From: a bacterium
GTDB taxonomy: Bacteria > UBA8248
DNA length: 64,000 nucleotides
Reading direction: 5' to 3'
NCBI GenBank assembly: GCA_965199855.1
Contig: OZ241326.1
Span: 1,472,001 to 1,536,000, forward strand
Shown here: in pieces, positions 29,639-37,700 of the stretch
Layout: every line of letters begins with the position of its first letter
How positions within the stretch are numbered: position 1 is the stretch's first letter
Notes under the pieces: model-generated
Seen by the model: only the letters and a program-made list of their open reading frames with translations
Database searches by the model: none
What the model was told of the DNA's origin: nothing
Made by a program: the position numbers and the translations under genes

Positions 29639-31225
29639 CTAGGCCGCCATGGCCTCGACGGGCGACCAGAAGCGCTCGATGCCCAGGTCCTCGGCGATGG
29701 CGTTCGCGCAGTTGTAGCCGGGCGCGCCCGTTATCGCCCCGCCCACGTGGGAGCTCGAGCCGCACAGATACAGCTTCCCGATGGGCGTCCGGAAGTCGCT
29801 CACCTCCGGGTGCGGGCGGTTGTAGCCCAGCTGGTCGGGAACGTAGGCGCCCACGTGGTGGCTGGCGCGGACGAAGTTCGGGTTTTCGCGCACGATGTCG
29901 AGCGGGGTGTAGAGATAGCTGCCCATGATGTTGTCGCGGTTGACGTTGGGGGCGTAGGGCGTCCAGGAGTCGATGAAGTGCTGGGTGTATTCCTCGCGCC
30001 TCGCGTCCCACGCCTCCGCCCCGCCGTCCTTGAGCTCATAGGGGGCGAACGGCCACCAGTAGCCCACGTGGGTGCCGTCCGGCGAATAGGTGGGGTCGAA
30101 GTGGCTGTTGCTCCCGCCGTTGCCCATGAGGGGGGGCAGCTCGCCGCGGTGTATCGCCTCGAAGCACGCGCTGATCTCCGCGGTCGAATCCGCCCCCCAG
30201 AAGATGTTGAAGGTCTTGTTGATGTCCGGCTCGTATTTCGCGGCCTTGAAGTCGGGCGCCTCCTTCAGCGCCAGATGGATGGTGCAGAGCCCGTGGCTCG
30301 CCCACTGGAACTCGAGGGCGGCCCGGGAGAGCCTGCCCCCGAAGTAGTCCTCTCCGGCCAGGCGCACCGTGAGCGGCCAGTTCACCCCGCTCGCCACGAA
30401 CTCGGAGGCTTCGACGCGGGTTCCGTCGGAGAGAATGACGCCCGTGGCGTCGCCGCTCTCCACGGTGATTTCGCGCACCTCGGCGTTGGTCAGCACCTTG
30501 CCGCCGCCGCGCTCGACGACGCGCTCCAGAGCGCGGGTGAAGTTCACCGACCCGCCCACGGGCAGGGCGAAATTCGCTATGCGCGAGAAGATTCGGGGGA
30601 AGAAGATGCCGGTCGCCGGCGTGTTCTCCAGGGTGAAGGAGCCCAGGAAGAGCTTGAAGAGGACGCGAAGCCTGTCGTCCTCGAAATGCTGATCCACCGC
30701 CTCGTACATGCTCAGGTCCGCGTAGCTCAGGAACTCTCGGCCCAGCTGTCCCGAGAAGCGCGCCTTCAGCTCCTCGGGCGGCAGGGGGGCGCAATACATG
30801 AAGGAGGTGATGATGTCGAGCATCCCCTCGGTGAACTTGACGTGGAGGTCCCGGTAGGTGCGCGCGTCGTTTCGGTTGATGCGCTCGATGGATTTTACGG
30901 TCTTCTCCACGTCGCGGTGGATGACGAACGCGGCGCCGTCCCGGAAGATGCAGCCCTGCTGAAACTCCGGGAAGACGAGGCTGAAGCCGTATTCGTGAAG
31001 TTCCAGGTCGCGCAGGATGGGGCTTCTGTCCAGCCCCACGTAATAGTTCGAGTGCAGGTTGTGCTTGAAGCCCGGGAGGGTGACCTCGCGCGTGGAGCAG
31101 CCTCCGCCGGCGATGGGGGCGCGCTCGAGAACGCCCACCTTCTTCCCCGCCTTGGCCAGATAGGCGGCGCACACCAGGCTGTTGTGCCCGCCCCCGATGA
31201 GCAATCCGTCGAAAGATTCCGTCAT
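29639..31225 (-). CDS. Phytoene-dehydrogenase-superfamily FAD oxidoreductase (PYROXD2-like)
   Basis: IGGGHNSL..A.YLA, GGGC, LYLCGSSSHVGGAITGAPGYN. Confidence 0.88.
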   Translation of the reverse strand: MTESFDGLLIGGGHNSLVCAAYLAKAGKKVGVLERAPIAGGGCSTREVTLPGFKHNLHSNYYVGLDRSPILRDLELHEYGFSLVFPEFQQGCIFRDGAAFVIHRDVEKTVKSIERINRNDARTYRDLHVKFTEGMLDIITSFMYCAPLPPEELKARFSGQLGREFLSYADLSMYEAVDQHFEDDRLRVLFKLFLGSFTLENTPATGIFFPRIFSRIANFALPVGGSVNFTRALERVVERGGGKVLTNAEVREITVESGDATGVILSDGTRVEASEFVASGVNWPLTVRLAGEDYFGGRLSRAALEFQWASHGLCTIHLALKEAPDFKAAKYEPDINKTFNIFWGADSTAEISACFEAIHRGELPPLMGNGGSNSHFDPTYSPDGTHVGYWWPFAPYELKDGGAEAWDARREEYTQHFIDSWTPYAPNVNRDNIMGSYLYTPLDIVRENPNFVRASHHVGAYVPDQLGYNRPHPEVSDFRTPIGKLYLCGSSSHVGGAITGAPGYNCANAIAEDLGIERFWSPVEAMAA

Positions 31226-31387
31226 GACCCGCCTCCTCTCAGGGATGAAGCCTCGCCTTCGCTTCGCGTCGGATGGATGCGCCCCTATTTTGCCTTATTC
31301 GCGCGCCGTTACTCAACGCGCTTTTTTCTCGCGCCCCGGCGTCGCCCGAAAGCGCGTCCGGCGATGGCCTTGGCTCCCCCTCTCGCC

Positions 31388-31792
31388 TCAGGTTTCCGCC
31401 CGGGGCCGGGGGATGCGGGCCGTGGCGTCGATTTCCACGAGAAAATCCTCGGAGGCAAGCCCGTCCACGATCACCCCCGTGCTGGCCGGCGCGTGGGGGC
31501 CGAAGTATTCCGCCAGCACCTCATAGACGGGCTTTCGATGCGCCCTGTCCGTGACGTAGTTCGTGAGCTTCACGACGTGGGAGAGGTCGCCGCCGGCCTC
31601 TTCGAGCAGCCGGCGAATGTTCTCGCACGCCTGGCGCGCCTGGGTGGCGGCGTCGCCGGGCGCGGGCGGGCTTCCGTCGAGTCCCTCTCCGGTCTGCCCC
31701 GCCAGATAGAGCGTGTCGCCGGCGAGAAGCGCCTGGGAATAGCTGCCGGACGCCGCCGTCATTCGCGTGGTGCGAAATTTCCGGAATGGCAT
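31388..31792 (-). CDS. RidA/YjgF family protein
   Basis: YSQA, LYLAGQT, PAST, LVEIDATA. Confidence 0.88.
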   Translation of the reverse strand: MPFRKFRTTRMTAASGSYSQALLAGDTLYLAGQTGEGLDGSPPAPGDAATQARQACENIRRLLEEAGGDLSHVVKLTNYVTDRAHRKPVYEVLAEYFGPHAPASTGVIVDGLASEDFLVEIDATARIPRPRAET

Positions 31793-31868
31793 GTCGCGTC
31801 TCCGTCTCCATGAGGAACGAAAAGGGCCCGGCGCGGCTTTTCAGGACGACGGTGGAGGGCGGCGCGAA

Positions 31869-32609
31869 TCAGGGCCTTGACGCGCCGAAGGCGATGAACG
31901 GCGCGTGTAGCATGAAGTCGTCCCAGTAGGGGTCGCCGCGCTCGCCGGGTGCCAGCGCCGCGTCTATCCAGCGAAAATCGGTGAAGCCGGCGCCGCGCAT
32001 CGCCTCCTCGTAGGCGGCGGGATCGAGGTAGTAGTTGTCGATCACGAACGCCTGGCCGTCGTCGTTGGTCAGGCTGTAGCGGACGACCTCGCCCTCGCGC
32101 GGGGGCCAGGCGCAGGTGCGCTCGATTCCGTATTTCGAGAGGTCCGCGCCCGGACGGGGCGGACGGCGAACGTTGTCGTTGAAGCCGACGAGCCTGCCCC
32201 CCGGCCGCAGCGCGCGGAAGCAGGCGCGGGCGAAGCGCGCCAGCTCCTCCCGGGTGCGGGCGTAGTTGAGCAGATAGATGGCGGTCACGACGTCAACCGG
32301 CTCATCCGGCGCGAACGCGCCCGCGTCCTCGTGAACGTAGCGGCAGCCCAGCGGCTCCTTCTCCTCCTGGGCGCTCGCCAGCGCGACCATCGCCGCCGAG
32401 ATGTCCACGCCGGTCACCCGCGCCGCTCCGGCCCGCTTGAACGCCCGCGCGTAGATGCCCTCGCCGCAGGCCAGGTCCAGCACTGCCCGTCCCTGCAGAT
32501 CGCCCAGCGCTTCGAGGACGGTGTGACGCTCGACGAAATGGCGGAATCCGAGCTGCTTGGAGTCGCGGTAGAGATCGGCGATGTCGTCGTAGGGCTGCTT
32601 CTCGCTCAT
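31869..32609 (-). CDS. Class I SAM-dependent methyltransferase (ToxA-like small-molecule MTase)
   Basis: VLDLACGEG, GVDIS, YLLNYA, LRPGGR. Confidence 0.85.
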   Translation of the reverse strand: MSEKQPYDDIADLYRDSKQLGFRHFVERHTVLEALGDLQGRAVLDLACGEGIYARAFKRAGAARVTGVDISAAMVALASAQEEKEPLGCRYVHEDAGAFAPDEPVDVVTAIYLLNYARTREELARFARACFRALRPGGRLVGFNDNVRRPPRPGADLSKYGIERTCAWPPREGEVVRYSLTNDDGQAFVIDNYYLDPAAYEEAMRGAGFTDFRWIDAALAPGERGDPYWDDFMLHAPFIAFGASRP

Positions 32610-32682
32610 GCTGCGCTCCCCACCTCGGCGCGCGGCGTCCCGCGCGGATGTCCCGGGCTCTGGCGGCGCGTCCGCTTTCGCG

Positions 32683-32967
32683 TCAGCCGCCCTTTCTTTC
32701 GCCGGAGCGCCGCGCCCTGCGCCACAGGCGCGCGAGGAGGCCGACGGCGGCCCCGTAGAAAAAGGCGTTCATCACGGTGATGACCGCGATCGCCCACCAT
32801 GGGCGCTCGACGAGATTGTGAAGCGGCAGCGAGAGAACGACGCCGGGCGCGGAGAGCATTTCCAGCCCCGCGCCCAGGCTCGGAAAGCCCTCCGGCCGGG
32901 AGCCCGTTTTCAGAAGAGGGGGGACGGCGCCCGCCGCGAACCCCAGCCAGAAATCGCCCGGCTTCAT
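32683..32967 (-). CDS. Small hypothetical membrane protein
   Basis: Two to three hydrophobic segments and a basic tail; co-oriented with neighbours. Confidence 0.5.
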   Translation of the reverse strand: MKPGDFWLGFAAGAVPPLLKTGSRPEGFPSLGAGLEMLSAPGVVLSLPLHNLVERPWWAIAVITVMNAFFYGAAVGLLARLWRRARRSGERKGG

Positions 32968-33001
32968 CCCGCCCGAACGCCCCGGAGGATGACGCCGCGC
33001 C

Positions 33002-33397
33002 TCATTCCGTCTCGAACATCGCCGTGGAGGCGACCTCGATGAGGTTGTTCTCCGGGTCCCGGAAAAAAATCTGCGGATACCCGTAAGGCTCGTCGTGGAA
33101 GGCGACGCCGCGCGCCCTGAGCCGCTCCTTCATCCCGTCCAGATCCTCGGTCACCATCCCGAAGTGGTGATCCATGTAGCCGTCCTCGTTGTCGCTGATG
33201 GAGTGGGAGACGTGCGTGTCGCTCACCTTGGCGAGGTGTATCTGGTGATCCGCTCCCGCCTCGAACCAGTAGCCCGGAAAGGGGAAATGCGGGCGGGGCA
33301 TTTCGGGCAGTCCGAGCGCCTCGCCGTAGAACCTGCGCATGGCGTCCAGGTCGCGGCAATAGATGCTGAAATGCTGAAGGAACTTGATCTTGGACAT
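33002..33397 (-). CDS. VOC family protein
   Basis: LQHFSI, QIHL, HHFG, IFFRDPENNLIEV; SD GGAGGGAGG. Confidence 0.9.
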   Translation of the reverse strand: MSKIKFLQHFSIYCRDLDAMRRFYGEALGLPEMPRPHFPFPGYWFEAGADHQIHLAKVSDTHVSHSISDNEDGYMDHHFGMVTEDLDGMKERLRARGVAFHDEPYGYPQIFFRDPENNLIEVASTAMFETE

Positions 33398-33651
33398 CGG
33401 CCTCCCTCCCCGGGTGTCGGTTTCGCCTCAAGCCTAATTCTCTTTTCTCTCCCTTGCAAGGCGGGGTTTGCCGAAAACCGGAAAGCGAGGAGCGCGAAAC
33501 GCCGCCGGGGAGAATCGCCGGGAAAGAGCGCGCCGCGCGCCCGGTTCCCCGGTCCGGAGGCGCTTCGTGAAGCCTTCGCCGGAGCTCCGCGGGATATTCA
33601 AACGCCCGCGATTGTCGTATTCTGGCCGAAAAGCGAAAAGGAGGATTCGCC

Positions 33652-35055
33652 GTGCCGCGCCGGTTCGTGGTCGAGAACGCCAGCATTCTCACGCAGAACG
33701 AGAGGCGCGAGGTCGTCAGGCGCGGCTCCGTTCTGGTCGAGGACGGCCGCATCGTCCGCGTTTCGGCGTCGAGAATCGACGCGGCCGGCGCGGAAGTCGT
33801 GAACGGCGAGGGCATGGCGCTCATGCCGGGGCTGGTGAACGCCCACGCCCACGTCATGTGCATTCTGTTGCGGGGCGGCCTGGGGGCGGACAGGCGGCTG
33901 ATGGACTGGCGGCTGAACGTCATGGCGCCGGGCCAGACGGCATACGCGCCTGGGGACGCGGCGCTCGCCGCGCGGCTCTTCGCGTGCGAGGCGATTCGCT
34001 CGGGCGCGACCACGGTGGCGACGAACGAGCGGGTGCCGATTCCCTTGGCCGAGGCGATGATAGAGGCCATGGAGGATTCGGGGCTGAGGAGCGTATTCGC
34101 CCTGAGCTTCAACGAAATCCCGCCGGAGGGGAAGCTGGCGGCGCGGGCGCGCTCCCACCTCGCCGCCTGGGGCAAGACGTTTCCGCCCGGCCTCAAGAGC
34201 AGGGAGGAGATATTCGGGGAAATCTCCCACCTGGCGGAGAAATACCACGGCCGCGCGGGGGGGCGCGTTCTCGTCTGGCCGGGGCCGAACATTCCCGTCT
34301 ACGTGAAGCCCGAAACCTTCCGGGAGGTGGACGAGTGGGCCGCGGCGCGGGGGCTTGGCGTCTCCACGCACGTGGCGGAGGACCCGATGGAGTCCGAGGT
34401 GGGCGGCCTGCCCGTGGTGCGGCATCTGGCGGCCTGGGGGCTGCTCTCGCCCCGTCTGCTGGCGGCCCACTGCGTCCACGTGAGCGAGGAGGACATTCGT
34501 CTCCTCCGGGAGTCCGGCGCCCGGGTGGCGCACCTGCCCTCGAGCAACATGTATCTCGGCTCGGGCGTCTCCCCCGTGCCCCGGATGCTGGGCTACGGGA
34601 TTCCGGTGGCCCTGGGCGCGGACAACGCGAACTGCAACGACCTCGCCAACATGTTCTGGGAGATGCGGCTGGCCTGCCTGCTCCACAAGGGCGTGAACCA
34701 GGACCCGGCCGCCATCACCGCCCAGGACGCCCTCGACATGGCGACGCGCAACGGAGCGCGCGCGCTCGGCCTGGAGGAAGACATAGGTACCATCGAAGAG
34801 GGCAGGCGGGCGGACATGATTCTGCTCGACATGCGCGCCGCCCACACGCGCCCGAACCATCACTTGCCCTCCGTGCTCGTCTATCAGACGCACGGGACGG
34901 AGACGCGGTGGTCGTGGGTGGACGGCGAGCCGCTCATGGAGGCGGGGCGTCTGACGGGCGCGCTGGGAGAGGGGGAGCGCTCGATTCTGGAGGAGGCGCA
35001 GGCGGCCTCGGCCGCCATCGTCGAGCGGTCGGGGCTGGCGGTTCCGGGGGCGTGA
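33652..35055 (+). CDS. Metal-dependent amidohydrolase/deaminase (MtaD/AtzA/SsnA-like)
   Basis: PGLVNAHAH, THVAE, AAHCVH, HLPSSNMYLGSG, LGADN. Confidence 0.9.
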   Translation: MPRRFVVENASILTQNERREVVRRGSVLVEDGRIVRVSASRIDAAGAEVVNGEGMALMPGLVNAHAHVMCILLRGGLGADRRLMDWRLNVMAPGQTAYAPGDAALAARLFACEAIRSGATTVATNERVPIPLAEAMIEAMEDSGLRSVFALSFNEIPPEGKLAARARSHLAAWGKTFPPGLKSREEIFGEISHLAEKYHGRAGGRVLVWPGPNIPVYVKPETFREVDEWAAARGLGVSTHVAEDPMESEVGGLPVVRHLAAWGLLSPRLLAAHCVHVSEEDIRLLRESGARVAHLPSSNMYLGSGVSPVPRMLGYGIPVALGADNANCNDLANMFWEMRLACLLHKGVNQDPAAITAQDALDMATRNGARALGLEEDIGTIEEGRRADMILLDMRAAHTRPNHHLPSVLVYQTHGTETRWSWVDGEPLMEAGRLTGALGEGERSILEEAQAASAAIVERSGLAVPGA

Positions 35056-35136
35056 GGCGGCGCCTTCGCGCGTCCGCCCCCGGGCGCGACCGCGGTTTGG
35101 GCGAGGTTTGGCGAAGGCGGACGGGGAGGCGGAAAA

Positions 35137-36243
35137 GTGTTTGACGTTCAGATGGCGAAGTTCCAGATGGCGGGGCCCGAGGACGTATCGGGCCTGGCGC
35201 GGGCGGTGGCGGAAAAGCGGATTCGCGCGGAGGACATTCAGGCCGTCATCGCCAAGACGGAGGGCAACGGCCGGGTGAACGACTACTCGAGGCCCTACGC
35301 GCTTCATTCGTTCGAGGACTACATGATGGAGACCCTGGGCGCCTCGCGCGAACGGGTGCAGGGCATGTGCGCGATGGTGATGTCGGGCGGGTGCGAGGGG
35401 GTGATGAGTCCCCACGCGGTCGCTTTCTCCAAAACGGACACGGGCGCGGCCCAAAGCCCGGGGGAGAAGCGCCTCTCCATGGGCGTCGCCTTCACCCGGG
35501 AGCTGCTGCCCGAGGAGCTGGGCACGATGGCCCAGGTCGATCTCGTGGCCGAGGCGGCGGCCGAGGCCCTCGCCGGGGCCGGCGTCGATTCGCTCGACGA
35601 CGTGGGCTACGTGCAGGTGAAGTGTCCGCTGCTGACGTCGGACCGCATCAACGAGGCCGCCGCGCGCGGCAAGAAGGTGGCGAGCGCGGACACCACGCGC
35701 TCCATGAGCCTCTCGAACGGATGCTCCGCCCTGGGCGCGGCGGTGGGGCTGGGGGAGATCGACCGCGCCTCGTTCGCGCTGGAGGACGTGTGCGCCCGGG
35801 GCGATCTGTATTCGGAGATGGTCTCCTGCTCGGCGGGCGTGGAGCTCATGCGCTCGGAGGTCGTGGTGTTCGGAAACTCCTCGCAGTCGGTGAGCCGCTA
35901 CCGGATCGGCCGGGCGGTGATGCGCCACCTGATCGACGCCGACGCCGTCCGGGAGGCGCTCAGGAGCGCGGGTCTGTCTTTCGAGGGCCTGCCCGGGCCG
36001 GAGGACCTGGAAAGAGTCGCGCACGTGTTCGCCAAGGCGGGCGCGCCGTGGGACGGCAGACTCCTGGGCAAGCGCGTCACCCTGCTCACGGATTCGGTTC
36101 TGGGCACGAGGCCCGTACGCGCCGTGGCGAACGCCGTCATCGCCTCCGTGGTGCAGGACCCGGCGATCTACGTCTCGGCGGGGCTGGTGTTTCACCAGGG
36201 CCCGGTGGGCGGCGGCGTGGTCTCCGCCATCGTCGAGGCTTGA
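35137..36243 (+). CDS. Ring-opening cyclic amide hydrolase, AtzD/barbiturase family
   Basis: AKTEGNG.VNDYSR, MSGGCEG, VQVKCPLLT, SCSAGVEL, HQGPVGGG. Confidence 0.92.
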   Translation: MFDVQMAKFQMAGPEDVSGLARAVAEKRIRAEDIQAVIAKTEGNGRVNDYSRPYALHSFEDYMMETLGASRERVQGMCAMVMSGGCEGVMSPHAVAFSKTDTGAAQSPGEKRLSMGVAFTRELLPEELGTMAQVDLVAEAAAEALAGAGVDSLDDVGYVQVKCPLLTSDRINEAAARGKKVASADTTRSMSLSNGCSALGAAVGLGEIDRASFALEDVCARGDLYSEMVSCSAGVELMRSEVVVFGNSSQSVSRYRIGRAVMRHLIDADAVREALRSAGLSFEGLPGPEDLERVAHVFAKAGAPWDGRLLGKRVTLLTDSVLGTRPVRAVANAVIASVVQDPAIYVSAGLVFHQGPVGGGVVSAIVEA

Positions 36244-36322
36244 AGGAAGGGCGGCGGGGACGCTTCGGGGCGCTCGTTTGCCCCAGGAATTTCACGCGGC
36301 AAGCGTCTGAAAGGATTGGCGT

Positions 36323-36386
36323 TGTCATTTTCATGACCCTTTCGGGCGTAAAAACGCTTGACACCGCCCCGGCCCGCCGCTAGACT
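36323..36386 (+). promoter_or_regulatory. Near-consensus sigma70 promoter with an upstream palindromic site
   Basis: TTGACA (36358-63), 17 nt, TAGACT (36381-86); palindrome TGTCA-N6-TGACC at 36323-36338. Confidence 0.75.
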
Positions 36387-36416
36387 GCGAGGCGCACACC
36401 ATAGAGGAGGGTTGTC

Positions 36417-36512
36417 ATGGCAAGAAGCGTGATGCTTTCCGCCCGTGAAACTCCTCGACGGAGGGTCCTGAAAACGGCCCATTCCCGAAAGAGGGTTCTC
36501 AAAAAACCCTGA
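36417..36512 (+). CDS. Putative 31-aa basic peptide MARSVMLSARETPRRRVLKTAHSRKRVLKKP
   Basis: SD GAGGAGG 6 nt before ATG; below the ORF-track size cut-off. Confidence 0.45.
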   Translation: MARSVMLSARETPRRRVLKTAHSRKRVLKKP

Positions 36513-36565
36513 GCCGGCCCTTGATGCCGCCTGACACGGCGCATTGAGGGAATTCCGAAAAGCGG

Positions 36566-36601
36566 CAGGCGGCGTCCTCGGACGCCGCCTGTTTTTTTTT
36601 T
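36566..36601 (+). terminator. Intrinsic terminator
   Basis: CAGGCGGCGTC-ctcg-GACGCCGCCTG followed by T10. Confidence 0.9.
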
Positions 36602-36736
36602 GCGAGAGGGCCGAAAGGCGATGACGCGCCCGGCGCGCGCCATTCCGGCGTCAACCACGAAGGGCGGATCGGCGGAACCGGCGGATTTCGCATTCTCCCG
36701 CGCCGAAGCCCCGCGCAGGCGTCCCGGCCCGCCCGT

Positions 36737-37171
36737 TCAGCTCCCGTGAGGGGGGCGGGCCCGGTTCATCTCATCGGGCTCCTCGGCGAATTCCATGCGG
36801 TTCTTGATGGCGTCTATCGTGAAGTCCGCCATGTTCCCGGCGAGCTCGGGGTTCCACGGCGGATGGAACACCTCGAGCGCCATGCCCGGCTCCTCGCTCA
36901 CGAGCCGGAGCGTGTGCATGACGCCCGCCCGCACGTGCACCACGTCGCCCGGCCCGATTCGCCGCACCTCGTCGGCCAGCGTGAACTCCCACTCGCCCGC
37001 CTGGATGTAGAAGAACTCCTCGTGGTCGGGGTGGCTGTGGAGCTTCGAGGGCGTCCCCCCCGGTTCGGTGATGAGGTGCTGCATCTGGATGCGGTCGCCG
37101 AAAATCCTCCGGTGCGCGACTCCCGGCCGGTCGTGGGTGAGCGGGAGCATGTCCCAGTTGTAGAAGCTCAT
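36737..37171 (-). CDS. Cupin domain protein
   Basis: LHSHPDHEEFFYI, GDVVHVRAGVMH, EVFHPP. Confidence 0.88.
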   Translation of the reverse strand: MSFYNWDMLPLTHDRPGVAHRRIFGDRIQMQHLITEPGGTPSKLHSHPDHEEFFYIQAGEWEFTLADEVRRIGPGDVVHVRAGVMHTLRLVSEEPGMALEVFHPPWNPELAGNMADFTIDAIKNRMEFAEEPDEMNRARPPHGS

Positions 37172-37263
37172 GGCGCGTTCCTTCGGGTGAGGCGGGAAAT
37201 CGTCGGTGCCGAACGTCGGGGACGCCCGAAGCGGCCTGCGTCGCGCGCGGCGCCCCGGCGCGG

Positions 37264-37500
37264 CTATTCGCCCCGGGCGGGCGGCGCCTCCTCCATCGCC
37301 TCGTCATAGACTTGGCGCGCCTTCGTTCCGGGGAGGAGCGCGGAGGTGGTCTCGATCTGGTCGTCGATCTTGTCCTGAAGGCTCCTCTCGACGGGGACGA
37401 GATCCCCCCGCCGCTCCATCTCCTCGTATTCCTCCATGTAGCGCCGGGCGGAATCGATGCCGGCCTGCTGCTCCGGCGTCGGGTTCGGGATGGTCGGCAT
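37264..37500 (-). CDS. Small acidic hypothetical protein (78 aa)
   Basis: SD GGAGGAG, high-GC3 codon pattern, MPTIPNPTPEQQAG... Confidence 0.65.
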   Translation of the reverse strand: MPTIPNPTPEQQAGIDSARRYMEEYEEMERRGDLVPVERSLQDKIDDQIETTSALLPGTKARQVYDEAMEEAPPARGE

Positions 37501-37700
37501 CAGTCGATCTCCTCCATGTTGGTCTGAATTGTATTGCCCTTCGGCTCGATGTTCAAGAAGCGGAGCCTCGTCCCCGCCCCGAAGAGCGCCGCGCCGGGAT
37601 TCGCGTTCGCCCGCCCGGCGGCTGGTCGTCCGCGCCGGGCTGGGATACACTTCGGCGATGGCGCTCTTTCATGACTTGTTCCCCCCGAGAGGAGGCAGAC

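Larger units (their letters stand above)
36392..36601 (+). ncRNA. Putative structured small RNA or attenuator-like leader
   Basis: Bounded by a promoter and a terminator; consecutive hairpins at 36404-36456, 36492-36510 and 36518-36550; no known family recognised. Confidence 0.6.

Noticed and set aside
29639-31225. Carotenoid biosynthesis (crtI)
   Set aside because: No crtB, crtE or crtY nearby; the motifs fit the broader phytoene-dehydrogenase-like oxidoreductase group
36417-36512. Type I toxin-antitoxin toxin
   Set aside because: SD sequestration fits, but the peptide has no hydrophobic transmembrane segment and no antisense promoter was evident
36392-36601. Assignment to 6S, tmRNA, SRP, RNase P, T-box, or lysine/Moco/cobalamin riboswitch
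   Set aside because: The diagnostic conserved motifs and end-to-end pairing were not found by eye; left unassigned pending an Rfam scan
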